DNA of 64,000 nucleotides, taken from contig OZ024751.1 of the NCBI GenBank assembly GCA_964016885.1, forward strand, positions 41,354,001-41,418,000, given 5' to 3'. The notes beneath the pieces were generated by a model. That model worked only from the letters and a program-made list of their open reading frames with translations, was not told where the DNA came from and made no database searches. Position numbers and translations under genes: made by a program. The first letter of the stretch is position 1, and every line of letters starts with the position of its first letter. This document shows, one piece after another, positions 48,590 to 63,240 of this stretch. The stretch is from Eledone cirrhosa (taxonomy: Eukaryota).

Positions 48590-50165
48590 TATACACATAC
48601 AAGCGCACTCATACAAGTACATACATACAAGCGTACATGTACAGGTGCATACGTACATGTGCATACATACATGTGCATACATACAAGCGTACATGTACAG
48701 GTGCATACGCACATGTGCATACATACATGTGCATACATACAAGCGTACATGTACAGGTGCATACATACATGTGCATACATACAAGTACATACATACAAGC
48801 GTATTCGTACAGGTGCATACATACATGCGCATACATACAAGTACATACATACAGGTGCATACATACAAGCACACACATACAGGTGCATACATACAGGTGC
48901 ATACATACAAGCACACACATACAGGTGCATACATACAAGCACACACATACAGGTGCATACATACAGGTGCATACATACAGGTGCATACATACAAGCACAC
49001 ACATACAGGTGCATACATACAAGCACACACATACAGGTGCATACATACAAGCACACACATACAGGTGCATACATACAGGTGCATACATACAGGTGCATAC
49101 ATACAAGCACACACATACAGGTGCATACATACAAGCACACACATACAGGTGCATACATACAGGGGCATACATACAAGCACACACATACAGGTGCATACAT
49201 ACAAGCACACACATACAGGTGCATACATACAGGTGCATACATACAAGCACACACATACAGGTGCATACATACAAGCACACACATACAGGTGCATACATAC
49301 AAGCACACACATACAGGTGCATACATACAAGCACACACATACAGGTGCATACATACAAGCACACACATACAGGTGCATACATACAAGCACACACATACAG
49401 GTGCATACATACAAGCACACACATACAGGTGCATACATACAAGCACACACATACAGGTGCATACATACAAGCACACACATACAAGTGCATACATACAAGC
49501 ACACACATACAGGTGCATACATACAAGCACACACATACAAGTGCATACATACAAGCACACAAACAAAAGCCCACACACAAGCCCACACACACATAAACGC
49601 ACAAGCCCACACACGCACAAACACACAAGCCCACACACACATAAACACACAAGCCCACACACATAAACACACAAGCCCACACACACATAAACACACAAGC
49701 CCACAAACACACACGCACAAACACACAAGCACACACACACGCACAAACACACAAGCCCACACACACATAAACACACAAGCCCACACACACATAAACACAC
49801 AAGCCCACAAACACACACGCACAAACACACAAGCCCACACACACATAAACACACAAGCCCACACACACCAATGTTCACACACAAGCACACAAACAAGCGC
49901 GAACACAAACAAACACGCACACATAAACACACAAACACATAAGCCCGCGCACACATACACACACAAACACATAAGCCCGCACACACATAAACACACAAAC
50001 ACATAAGCCCGCACACACATAAACACACAAACACATAAGCCCGCACACACATAAACACACAAACACATAAGCCCGCACACACATAAACACACAAACACAT
50101 AAGCCCGCACACACATAAACACACAAACACATAAGCCCGCGCACACATAAACACACACATTCATA
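48590..50165. repeat. (CATA)/(CA)-derived complex minisatellites
   Basis: Units CATACATACAGGTG / CATACATACAAGCACA, then CACACAAGCC and ACATAAGCCCGCAC. Confidence 0.93.
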
Positions 50166-50220
50166 CACATAGATACGTCCCCCCTCTATGAATTATGAAC
50201 TTTTACTTCAGTTTACATCC

Positions 50221-50270
<50 letters not shown>

Positions 50271-50498
50271 AGTCGATTTTATAAGCATCTGTGTGTATGC
50301 TTGTGTGTAAGTGTGTTTGTTAGTGTGTACGAGTCAGTGTTTGTGTGTGTGTGCTTGCTAGTGTAGCTGTGTGTGGACATAATTTATATTTTTATGTCTC
50401 ACGCTCGCTTCCACAAATCCCCCCTCTCTCTTTCTCTCTCTCTTTCTCTCTTCTCTCTACCCCCCCTCTCTCTATATATATATATTCATACATACATA

Positions 50499-50534
<36 letters not shown>

Positions 50535-50740
50535 AGAAGGTAGTACAGCATAATCGAAGCTCTGGTTGCGGGCAAGCTAACGAATGCTGTCGGGAAGTGC
50601 AGCCAAAAGCACTCAATAAGGAATTTTACCTTAGAATTATAACATTACGTTTAGACAGTTATGCAAATTGAAGCCAGCGACCGAAATGCGAACCGCTAGG
50701 ACCAGAACAAGGAAAAAAACCGTCTCAGGGAAATCTTTGC

Positions 50741-50782
<42 letters not shown>

Positions 50783-50899
50783 TATTCCTATCTATATATA
50801 TTCCTATCTATATATATGTATATATATATATATATTCATACATACATACCTATATATATATATATATATATATATACATACTTACATATATATACATAT

Positions 50900-51283
50900 A
50901 TGGTGGCTGCCAACACGTTTTCGAGTACGGCCACTATTTTATAGAGAACTCCTACCGATGCGCTGAACGAGTGTGACTTTTTAGTCCAGCCAGCGACTTG
51001 AACACTCTGGTACAAACACTACACTTGTGACAATTATTGACACATAGTGCTGGGCCCATGGTACCATGTGACGACAAGTGCAGAGAGATCTCCAGATATA
51101 AAGCAATGCCTGTGCCGTGAAGCTTTTATAGTGAGCAAAGGCACTGCACAAAGCCAGTCCCACTCTCTTAACCAAGATGATATTTACCAAAAAGAAGAAC
51201 AAGTCAACATCATTGGATACCATCAGGGTTGCAGGTGTTATATCTTTGTCAAGGCAGAATTCTAGGAGAAGGAAAACTCTGAT
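50900..51283 (+). mobile_element. About 390-bp interspersed repeat; second copy inverted at 62790-63212
   Basis: The two copies align along their length; ends in CTAGGAGAAGGAAAACTCTGAT, reminiscent of RTE-type 5' regions. Confidence 0.7.
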
Positions 51284-51469
51284 ATATATATATATATATA
51301 CATACATACATACACATACACACACATATATATATATATATATTCATATTTATATATAAGTATATATATATACACATACACACACATATATATATATACG
51401 TATATGCATATGTATATATGTAAATGTATATACATAGGTACACATGTTTATGCATATGTTGTACACACA

Positions 51470-51529
<60 letters not shown>

Positions 51530-52174
51530 CACTCCCTTGAGAGTTATATAATTCCAAACAACGTAAAACGGACTGATTTACCCATATCATTCTTGAATAC
51601 TCGAGTTTACTACAATGTTAGGATAATATACACCAGAAGGAGAAAATAACAGACATACAAATATACAAATAACAGATCCACCGAGATATTTGTCTTATTC
51701 AAACATGCACCAATGTTAGGAAATTTGCTATTCAAATTGATATGCAGGTATATTATTGATATTTCATTAGAAATTGTTAATTATCTATAGATTTTAATAA
51801 ATGCAAACACAGGAAACGTCATTCATCACAAAGCTATACTCTGGTTCAGTTGTTTGCCTAAACGTCTCTCTATTTTCCCGTTATTTATCATGTTTTTATC
51901 ACCTTGTTATTTATATATTTAACGGTGAATTAGTTTATTTCTGTCTATTAGTAAGAGTCAGGGTTTGTTGTATGTATCGATCAGATACATGTCAAGTAGC
52001 TGACACAAGCACTTGAGAAGAAACTGGATGCTATATACACTAACAGAATTAGGATTGTGCACAATATAAACTGGCGTTAATGTATTATAAATGAATGTTT
52101 ATAGAGAAACTTGCCCAAGATAGCAACTACAATTGCCCAAAGACGGTTACGATTTGAAGAATATTGCTGGAGAA

Positions 52175-52362
52175 GGGAGCTGGCAGTATCAGTAGAAGGT
52201 CCGACGCCATGCTTTGCAGCAAAGAGTTACGGCTCTTTATGGTCTCAGTTCAAATCCTGCCGAGGTTAACTTTGCTTTTCATCCTTACGGGGTCGATAAA
52301 ATATAGTATCGGTAATGCACTGGGATAATTGCTGGCCTTGTGCCAAAAGTAGAAACAATTAT
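52175..52362 (+). mobile_element. tRNA-derived SINE
   Basis: Full-length match to the 46366 copy. Confidence 0.85.
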
Positions 52363-52420
52363 TCTATACATACAGGCACACACGGAGATATATACACGGA
52401 GATATACACACGGAGATATA

Positions 52421-52918
52421 TACTGGAATGAAACTCTCTAATGATAATTACTTATAACTTTTGGCTTACTGTGACCACTTGGGACAACATCTATGACCTC
52501 GTATTCATGCAAGACGGGGCCTCTCCTGATTTTGCACGCACCGTCCATGAGTGGCTTGATGTCCAATTTCTAGGATGTTTGCTTGATCGTTGAGGTCCAC
52601 GTGAATGGCCTAGCAAGAAGCCCTGACTTAACGCTCTGCGATTTTTTCCTGTGGTGGGTGAGCGAAAGAATTGAAGGAACACATTCGTTATGTACTGTCT
52701 AACATACCGCCCGAGTTCTTGATGAAGTCACTCGAGGATACACCCAGGCGATTACAAACACGAGTGGATAACGCTGGTGTCTGTGTAGAATTCTAACACT
52801 CTACTGTACTTCTACCGCCATACTGTTCAAAATAAAACATGTTTTATGAAAATCGACCAATAATTAATAAAGTTGTTAACAATTTTAAATAGAGAGTTTC
52901 TTTCCACCCAACCCCTAT
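52421..52918 (+). mobile_element. Degenerate Tc1/mariner-superfamily element with a transposase C-terminal remnant
   Basis: VFMQDGASPDFARTVHEWLDVQF...GPREWP/RSPDLTLCDFFLW...RRLQTRVDNAG with a stop and frameshifts; imperfect TIRs GAAACTCTCTA...TAACTTT / AAAGTTG...TAGAGAGTTTC. Confidence 0.8.
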
Positions 52919-54242
52919 ATATTATGTTTAAAAAGGTTTTATTCTAATAAAATGAATGATTTCGCATTTTCTTGTTGTCTATAGTAAATTGTGTCAACGA
53001 AACTACAACATAACTGAGAAGTTTATTGTCTCAACACTGTCACATTTACCATATGGTATTAGAACAGCTATTGTCTCAGTCAATGCATGTATGTTAAAAT
53101 AAAGCTGACGTGTTCACAGACTAGAAGAATAGGCGTTCACCTTTCTTAACTCAAATTAGTTTTCAATGATAACTTTCTAAACTTACCCATACTTATTTGG
53201 TCAACCTTCTTATAGATCTAACTCTAAATTAACCTTGATGGGACGAGGATAGTCAGAACCTCACAATCAGAAAATTGGGTAAATTATCCTTAGAGGCGGA
53301 ATAAAGTAGACAGAGGTGTAAGTGAGTAACAGATTCGTACGATATTCGAGAGAAACGGGTTCGAGTTCTCGTAAGCACGTCAGTCTGCTTTTTTCCGCCT
53401 CTAAGGTTTAATTAACTAAATTTTCTCGACTATTAACTCTAGTGAACGACTGTTGTTACTACAGTATGTAAACTTTCCAAATGAGGTGGAAGTGTTCGAA
53501 CCTAACGTAACACTGAGTGTGCTGGTGGATACTTTCGGGAGGACCGGGTAACAAGAATTAGTAGAGACACGTCTTTGAGATTGTAAGATGTTTTATAGAA
53601 TTGGTCGAGGTGGAAATATATTGAAAACATGATGCATATTTAATGTCCATTACAAATGCAATAAATCATATTCACACCTAGGGGATTTGGAAAGCTTCTT
53701 CACGCATTTAAACCACCAGATTTATATCAACTATTGTTTTCATTTTGATATAATATTTATGTTATGAATTAATGTAGTTTTATATATTCTATATTTGGAT
53801 ATGATGAAATAAATTTAACGTTGCAAGAACATCATAGCTTTAACTGTTGTGCTATTCAGAAATCGGTTAATATAATGTTTATTCAAACTATGTTTTATTT
53901 TTGTGAAGGAATTTAGAAGGAATTTAGATATGTGTAATCTGTTTTATGTAATGTGCTTACCGTTATATATTTTATATTATGTGTTTTCTGGTATATATTT
54001 TATTTCTCAAAATGATGGATTAAACTGTCGATCTAATTGATCGCCAAAACAGCCATAAATTATTTAGGCAGGCAATCTATTGTTTCATCAAATCTAAAAC
54101 CACGGACAACGAAGAACAATAACTTGGTCCCTCGATATGATAGACATTGTAGATAAAGTTCTCACATCATCCCACTACAGACATATACAACAGAAGAATA
54201 CATTCAACTAATGTAATGCTATCATAATATGCTTTCAAAAAG

Positions 54243-54642
54243 AGTGGTGATTTGGTGAAATCGGTAGAGCGTCGGACAACATGCTTTGTACTATAAAGTT
54301 ACGGCCCTTTATATTTTGAGTTCAAATCCCGCCGAGGTTAGATTTGCCTTTCATCCTTACGGGATCGATAAATTCGACCCCCCCCCCTCCAAAAGATTGT
54401 TGGTTTTGTGCCTAAATCAGAAACTATTATTTATAGTGATCGACTAGGGCAGTGGATTGGCAGTAACGGTAGAGGGTCGGACGCCATGCTTTCCAGCATA
54501 GTTACGTCCCTTTACGATCTGAGTTCAAATCCCGGCGAGGTTGACTTTGCCTTTCATCCTTACTTAAAATAAAGTACCAGTAATGCACTGGGTAATTGCT
54601 GGCCTTGTGCCTAAAGTAGAAACAATTATTTATAGTGATCGA
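54243..54642 (+). mobile_element. Two tandem tRNA-derived SINEs
   Basis: Each copy is followed by ATTATTTATAGTGATCGAC. Confidence 0.85.
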
Positions 54643-54867
54643 CAATTATTATAGTCACTTACAATGGAACGACTACATATATATCTATGTACATATTTTG
54701 AGCTGGAGAATGCATGCATACCATTTATTTTTAAGTATTTATGTATGGACCCGTAATTCCTGACATACGGCGTTTCTAGAGCATTTCTTTAAACCTGGCA
54801 GAGCGCACCTCCTCCTTGTGTGAATTCAGCAGATTTCTTTCAAAGAAAGATAGAATGAAAGTGAGGA

Positions 54868-54931
<64 letters not shown>

Positions 54932-54952
54932 ATGTGTGTATATATATATATA

Positions 54953-55097
54953 TAACAAACGTGCGGTAAGATACCAGGTGGACCATAACGCACTAGAGTA
55001 CTCGATACTTAGGGTAGTAGAGTGAGTAATAGATCCGAAAGTTCGGATCTAGCTGTCGAAACGGCCGGAGCTCAGCCGTCGGTGTCCTGACTCTTTT

Positions 55098-55102
<5 letters not shown>
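54953..55102. mobile_element. (TA)n-flanked tail plus single-arm element (family of 31606)
   Basis: GAGTACTCGAT...GTAGAGTG tail (reverse) plus GATCTAGCTGTCGAAACGGCCGGAGCTCAGCCGTC arm. Confidence 0.7.
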
Positions 55103-55165
<63 letters not shown>

Positions 55166-57344
55166 ATGGAAGATATATATATATATAGGGAAGGAATAAT
55201 CGACCCCAGTACAAGACCTGATACTGTTTTATCGATCTTAGATGGATGAAAGGCAAAGTTGACCACAGAGAGCAGAGAGACGGAACGAAACCCGGCGTGC
55301 TTACGACTCTACCAATTCACTGCCTACTTTTAAGAATACATCTTCTAACAGAGGCATCAACTATATTAGGAAACGAACAAAAGGAAATTTTAACAACGTA
55401 AGCTGAGGAAATGTTAGATCGCAAGTAAAATAAAATTTCCGTGTTGCAGCATTAAATAATACAGAAGCATTTGGAGCAGTCTTCTTAAGATGTATTCTTT
55501 GAATTTAATATAATGATGTTCTTCAGAACTTTGTTTTTCTCTTTCGTGTAACGAGATATACGTGAACGTACTTAGATTTATTTCTAGATAGATAGTAAAT
55601 TATGAAGGAGAAAATATGTTAGTGCTTTCGGAAAGGATGTAGAAAGTTCAGCGGTTATAGTAAATCATATCACAATGGAAGTTATGTATATTATGCATTA
55701 TTGAATCATATAATATCGGTAGGAAAAAAGACTCTTTATACAGAGAGGTTTTTGATATGAAATCATGTGTTGAAACAAATATTGTTATACTTGGGGTGGG
55801 TCATATTGTTGTAATAATATTGCCAGAATTAATAACAGAACACACTCACTGTTTGGTTGGTTTTCGCTTCTGTATCTTTTATATCAGTTAATTCATTCGG
55901 TCCTCAATATTTACCATTGACTGACCAACGGTCAAAAATACAGATGAGCAGTATTTGAAATTTTTATGAGAAACCTAGAAGCTTTAATTTTTTTTTGTCT
56001 ACTACAAAAAAATAGTCTAAATCATAGGCCATATAAGCCCCCTTAACGGAAAAGATAATCCTTACTACCCGTGGGACACGAACCCACATCTTTTTGTTTC
56101 ATCAAATGTGACCTATCGTTTTAAAAATGGCTTGGTGTGATTTGAGCGATATTTAGCTGTCATTTCTAAAATATCCAGGTTTACGCAGACGTTCTCTCAT
56201 TGGATCCATGTCTGTTTTATCAATTTAGTAGATTATATTACAGTTATATTTACTTATGATTTCTCTTATGGCATGAACCCAACGGTAGCTAACTTTGGTG
56301 CTATTATTGTCGAAACGTTTACTGTGTTTGTGACTCGGTTAGAGAACAAAAATATAGATTAAAGACAGGAAGTTTCTTGCAAATACTATTTCCATGTTTT
56401 CACTGCATGGAATGATAATCTAAATAATCTTTCATGTTCTTTTCATGTTGATTTTCTGTTGTTATTTTATAAGAATCTTTTGTGGAAATTTTAAAGTTAT
56501 GCACTCTCTGAAAATACTATGTTAGTATGAGAAGAACTGCATAATTAATCCATCACTGTCATCGTTTTATCTGCTCCAAAGCAGCACTCATAGCTTTTTC
56601 TTGAATTACATTCCTAATCAACTCACTCTTATAATCAATCACATAATAATATGCAAATGCAATCAATATATATGGTAATTTATTTTAGATTTAACGTTTC
56701 CGTTCAACCTTTCAACTTTTACTTCTTGGATTAGGTAAAGATATCTGGAATCCACCGTCATATTTCTACTACATAACTGCAGAATATAAAATGAAAATGA
56801 ACAGCAACCATTCGAATCGTAAATCGTAAACAATCTTCAATGTAAGGCTGTTATCTATTGAATCATCCAGATTACTGGCGACATGGAAGTGACAATTATT
56901 ATCATGCTGTGTATAACATTTTCAACAATCTTTCTTATTAATTGAATAAAAGCTCTGGCGCACGCCAACACATGTACCCACTCACCGCTAATATCACCGC
57001 TACCACGCCTAGCATCACCCACCACCACCACCAACACCACAAGCAACACCATTACAACAATACAACAACAACACCATCGCCACCACCACCGCCATCACCA
57101 CGACCACCGCAACAATACAACAACAACACCATCGCCACCACCACCGCCACCACCACAAGCAACACCATCACCACAACAATACAACAACAACAACACCACC
57201 GCCGCCACCACCACCGCCAATATTAGTCATAGGTGTGAGATATTTGTATCGCTAAATTTTTACTGATATCAATCACTGTCAAAATATAGAATGTGGGATT
57301 TATAGATTGTACGATTAGTGGAAGGAGCAACAGGTAGAATGTAG

Positions 57345-58460
57345 TGTCACCACCACCACCACCACCACCGCCACTGTCACCACCACAACCACCACAACCA
57401 CCACCACTGCCACCACCACCACCGCCACCACTGTCACCACCACAACCACCACAACCACCACCACTGCCACCACCACCGCCACCACTGTCACCACCACAAC
57501 CACCACAACCACCACCACTGCCACCACCACCACCACCGCCACTGTCACCACCACAACCACCACAACCACCACCACTGCCACCACCACCACCGCCACCACT
57601 GTCACCACCACAACCACCACAACCACCACCACTGCCACCACCACAACCGCCACCACTGTCACCACCACAACCACCACAACCACCACCACTGCCACCACCA
57701 CCACCGCCACCACTGTCACCACCACAACCACCACAACCACCACCACTGCCACCACCACCGCCACCACTGTCACCACCACAACCACCACAACCACCACCAC
57801 TGCCACCACCACCACCGCCACCACTGTCACCACCACAACCACCACAACCACCACCACTGCCACCACCACCACCGCCACCACTGTCACCACCACAACCACC
57901 ACAACCACCACCACTGCCACCACCACCGCCACCACTGTCACCACCACCGCCACCACTGTCACCACCACCACCACCATTACTATGACCACCACCACCACCA
58001 CCACCACCACTACTGTCACCACTACTGCCACCACTACCGCCACCACTGTCACCACCACCATTACTATGACCACCACCACCACCACCACCACTACTGTCAC
58101 CACTACTGCCACCACCACCGCCACCACTGTCACCACCACCATTACTATGACCACCACCACCACCACCACCACCACTACTGTCACCACTACTGCCACCACC
58201 ACCGCCACCACTGTCACCACCACCATTACTATGACCACCACCACCACCACCACTACTGTCACCACTACTGCCACCACCACCGCCACCACTGTCACCACCA
58301 CCATTACTATGACCACCACCACCACCACCACCACCACTACTGTCACCACTACTGCCACCACCACCGCCACCACTGTCACCACCACCATTACTATGACCAC
58401 CACCACCACCGCCACCACTGTCACCACCACCATTACTATGACCACCGCCACCACCACCAT
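57345..58460. repeat. (CCA)n-derived minisatellites
   Basis: Direct reading; source of the poly-Pro, poly-Thr and poly-Val ORFs. Confidence 0.95.
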
Positions 58461-58544
58461 CATCATCATAATAATTATTATTATCATTATATGATAGATT
58501 TGTGAGATAATATCAGATAGTGTAGGAGGGATGAAGGTAGAAAT

Positions 58545-59840
58545 ACAGAAAGGTAGGGAGGGCGGTAGGGAGGTAGGTAGGTAGGGAGGTAGGGAGGTAG
58601 GGAGGGAGGTAGGGAGGTAGGGAGGTAGGGAGGTAGGTAGGGAGGTAGGGAGGTAGGGAGGGAGGTAGGGAAGTAGGTAGGTAGGGAGGTAGGTAGGGAG
58701 GGAGGTAGGGAGGTAGGTAGGGCGGTAGGGAGGTAGGGAGGGAGGGAGGTAGGGAGGTAGGGAGGTAGGGAGGGAGGTAGGGAAGTAGGTAGGTAGGTAG
58801 GGAGGTAGGTAGGGAGGTAGGGAGGGAGGTAGGGAAGTAGGTAGGTAGGGAGGGAGGTAGGTAGGTAGGTAGGGAGGGAGGTAGGGAGGTAGGGAGGGAG
58901 GGAGGTAGGTAGGGAGGGAGGTAGGGAGGTAGGGAGGTAGGGAGGGAGGGAGGGAGGGAGGGAGCTAGGGAGGTAGGGAGGTAGGGAGGGAGGTAGGTAG
59001 GTAGGTAGGGAGGGAGGTAGGGAGGTAGGGAGGGAGGTAGGTAGGGAGGGAGGTAGGGAGGGAGGGAGGGAGGTAGGGAGGGAGGTAGGGAGGTAGGTAG
59101 GTAGGTAGGTAGGTAGGGAGGTAGGTAGGTAGGTAGGAAGGGAGGTAGGGAGGTAGGGAGGGAGGTAGGGAGGTAGGGAGGTAGGGAGGGAGGTAGGTAG
59201 GTAGGTAGGGAGGTAGGTAGGTAGGGAGGGAGGTAGGTAGGTAGGTAGGTAGGGAGGGAGGGAGGTAGGTAGGTAGGGAGGTAGGGAGGTAGGTAGGTAG
59301 GGAGGTAGGTAGGTAGGTAGGTAGGTAGGTAGGGAGGTAGGTAGGTAGGTAGGGAGGTAGGGAGGTAGGGATGTAGGTAGGTAGGTAGGGAGGTAGGGAG
59401 GTAGGTAGGGAGGTAGGGAGGTAGGTAGGGAGGTAGGTAGGTAGGTAGGTAGGTAGGTAGGTAGGGAGGTAGGTAGGGAGGTAGGGAGGTAGGGAGGTAG
59501 GTAAGGAGGTAGGGAGGTAGGTAGGTAGGTAGGGAGGTAGGGAGGTAGGTAGGGAGGGAGGTAGGTAGGTAGGGAGGTAGGTAGGTAGGTAGGTAGGGAG
59601 GTAGGGAGGTAGGTAGGGAGGTAGGGAGGTAGGTAGGTAGGTAGGGAGGTAGGGAGGTAGGTAGGTAGGGAGTTAGGGAGGTAGGTAGGGAGGGAGGTAG
59701 GTAGGTCGGAAGTGAGGTAGGGAGGTAGGTAGGAAGTGAGGTAGGGAGGTAGGTAGGGAGGTAGGTAGGAAGTGAGGTAGGAAGGAAGTGAGGTAGGGAG
59801 GTAGGTAGGGAGGTAGGTAGGAAGTGAGGTAGGAAGGAAG
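58545..59840. repeat. (GGTA)n/(GGGA)n G-rich tetranucleotide tract
   Basis: Direct reading. Confidence 0.97.
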
Positions 59841-59844
59841 GACA

Positions 59845-60200
59845 CCCTGCTTTGCAGCACATAATTACGGCCCTTTACGTTCTGATATCAAATTCCGCCG
59901 AGGTTAGCTTCACCTTTCATTCATACGTGGTCAATAAAATAAAGTACCAGTCACGCACTGGGGTCGATTTAATCGACTTTTCCCTCCCCACAAAATTGTT
60001 GGCCTTTTGCCTAAAGTAGAAACCTTAATTGTTTCTACTTTTGGCACAAGGCCAGCAATTACCCAGTGTATGACTGGTACTTTATTTTATCGACCCCGTA
60101 AGAATGAAAGGCAAAGTCAACCTCGGCGGGATTTGAACTCAGATCGTAAAGGGCGGTAACTCTATGCTGGAAAGCATGTTCGACCCTCTACCGATATTGT
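59845..60200. mobile_element. Two SINEs arranged tail-to-tail
   Basis: Plus copy ends CCTAAAGTAGAAAC at about 60023; minus copy begins GTTTCTACTTTTGGCAC at about 60031. Confidence 0.85.
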
Positions 60201-61232
60201 CTAAAGTAGAAACCATTATTGCCATCCAATTAGGGATGCGGATTGGTAGAATTCTTTGAGAGTCTGACAAAAGGGTTTGTGGCATTTAGTAAATCATTCT
60301 TACTTTTTGTCCCGTAAAATCTGAGGGAATTGTAGGGCTGCCATATACGGCTTTTTTGTAGGGAATTTGAACTCAGGGAGCAGAGAGCCAGCATGAATAA
60401 CGTAAAGCATCCTATCCGACGTTCTAACAACTTCGTCAGTTCGCCGCCATAGTAAGTTATTAGAGAATGTTAAAAGATAAATCGAACTAGGAGTTGATTG
60501 GTATCCTATCTTATCAACTTCAGAAAGTTGACAGCAACGAAATTTGAAACACGAACGTAAAGAAGCGAATCAAGAAACGCAGGACATTTTAATCTAACAA
60601 GTCTTAGACGAATGATAAAGAGAAGGATAAAAAAAAAAAATCTGAAGATAAATAAAATGAAGGGAGGGAAGTGCAGTAGAATGAATGTGATAATACTGTG
60701 GACTGGTACATATTAAAATAACAAACATAAACTCAACAAAAGGAAACGAAACGAGATATTCATGGATTACAGAAGTGGAGTTATTGAATTAATATTTAAG
60801 AGGGAAACAGTATCGATATCATACAAAAAAGTGAATGAAAATGCAGATAAGAGAAACCAATGAAAAGTTTTTTTTTTTTTTCTTAAATCAGAGATGTTAG
60901 AAGAAGAAATAAAAGGAAAACAGAAAAATGACTGATCATTATATTAATTGGTTTGACAAGTAAGAACAACTGAACAAGATGGAGGATAACTATATATCAA
61001 TAGCATAAATTGGTAGCGGATTATTATTTTTTTTCTACACTTTAGTATTTCTTTCTTTCAGCAGTCTCTCCCTTTGTACATATGTTTTTTATGCGTTTGT
61101 GTATATATATCTATATCTATATATATATGTATGTATAGTATATTTGGTAATATACTGTATGTTTAGTTAAGTATATTACCAACTATACTATACATACATT
61201 CATGTATACATCGCTATTTCAGAGCACCAATC

Positions 61233-61296
<64 letters not shown>

Positions 61297-61354
61297 GTAT
61301 ATATAATGTGTATATATATATATATATATAATGTATGTATATATAATGTGTGTA

Positions 61355-61386
<32 letters not shown>

Positions 61387-61391
61387 CATAT

Positions 61392-61436
<45 letters not shown>

Positions 61437-61438
<2 letters not shown>

Positions 61439-61870
61439 ATTATCCTAGATGTAGTAATGGTTAATTACTACACTGGATATGGTTGACGTACGGTGAGAGG
61501 TTACTCTACGAGTTATGGAAGAATTGTTGAAGAAACTTAGTTCCTGATCCTTCTGTATTCCGGAGTGTATATAAAGAATGAATAATAACAGGTAGACATC
61601 ATAAAAAGGTAATTTATTCCGTGTGCTTACAAATGTTTCCACGGTGGTACTACAGCCTAGTTATGGTATGTGCAAATTTACAACTATTTGCAAAACTCAA
61701 ATATCCAATGCTGTGACCACTGTTTCCTCACAGCAGCATTGGATATTTGAGTTCTGCAAATACTTGTAAATTTGCACATACCATAACTAGGCTGTAGTAC
61801 CACCGTGGAAACATTTGTAAGCACACGGAATAAATTACCTTTTTATGATGTCTACCTGTTATTATTCATT

Positions 61871-61878
<8 letters not shown>
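61437..61878. mobile_element. (TA)n-flanked tail-arm-loop-arm element with about 145-bp arms and a hammerhead 3' half
   Basis: 61569-61713 is nearly the reverse complement of 61734-61878; arm contains GAAA-CATTTG-TA-AGCAC then AATAAA. Confidence 0.8.
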
Positions 61879-61963
<85 letters not shown>

Positions 61964-62691
61964 GATAAAGAGAGAGAGAAACACACACTCGTGTATATAT
62001 ATTATGCCAAGAAAAATACAACACGAGATAGAATGTAAACGGGTATAGCTATGAGGTCGACGATCTGGTAAAGTTAATAGAATATAGGTTTCGGGCCTGG
62101 TCTCTTCTTCGGAAAGATAGACCGAGAGAAAAGACAAGAAGAAAAATATGCAAACAAGATATTTGGCTCATTGATGTTATCCAACCATCTTGCTCTGTGT
62201 CTATCTATGGGTCTCCTAATGATTTGTTTTGCTCGTAAGGGCGTGGTTGATGTCACTTGGAGATCCAGTCGGATCAACTGGAGACGGTTGCGTCTGACAG
62301 ATTCCACTGGAAGGAGTGTTTGAGGGCTCAGCCCCTCACCCACATCCTCGACAACTCTCTCAGAAATAAGTGGGCAAAGAAGAAGATATTTTAGGAGAGT
62401 CCTTAGAGTATTGGACATTTGATGTAGGTCTCTCTGTATTCTGATTTCAAATCTCTTCCTTGCTCACTTTGCCTTTCCTTCTTTCGGAGTCGATAAAGAA
62501 AGTATCTGTCCAGTGTTGGTGCAACCTTCTCTCCTGTCAGCTGTGACATCATGGATGTTTCAGTGAATGGAAAGAGGGAGAGTCGAGTGGGTATCTGCGT
62601 CTACTTGTGGCTGCATTAGTACAACAAATCTTTAACGAAAAAAGCATGTTAGATACTACCAAGTCGTACTCGATTGCCAGTATTCTTTCTA

Positions 62692-62722
<31 letters not shown>

Positions 62723-63240
62723 TGTATGTATGTATGTATGTATGTATGTATGTATGTATGTATGTATGTATGTATGTATGTGTGTATGTTATATCAGAGT
62801 TTTCCTTCTCCTAGAATTCTGCCTTGACAAAGGCTAAGGGATCATCTCTCCCGGTGATTTTGGATGGCCATTGACTCTTGATGGTATCCAATGATGTTGA
62901 CTTGTTCTTCATTTTGTAAATATCATCTTGGGTTAAGAGAGTGGGACTGGCTTTGTGCAGTGCCTTTGCTCATATAAAAGCTTCACGACACAGGCATTGC
63001 TTTATATCTGGAGATCTATCTGCACTTGTCGTCACATGGAACCATGGGCCCAGCACTATGTGTCAGTAATTGTCACAAGTGTAGTGTTTGTACCAGAGTT
63101 TTCAAGTCGCTAGCTGGACTAAAAAGTCACACTCGTTCAGCGCATCGGTAGGGGTTCTCCTACATGGATATAAAGTAGTGGCTGTACTCGAAAACGAGTT
63201 GGCAGCCACCATGTATGTATGTATATAGTATATATATATA

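Noticed and set aside
57315-59862. Extensin- or mucin-like poly-Pro, poly-Thr, poly-Val and PTYL ORFs
   Set aside because: Pure simple-repeat translations with no signal peptide, unique domain or convincing splice sites.
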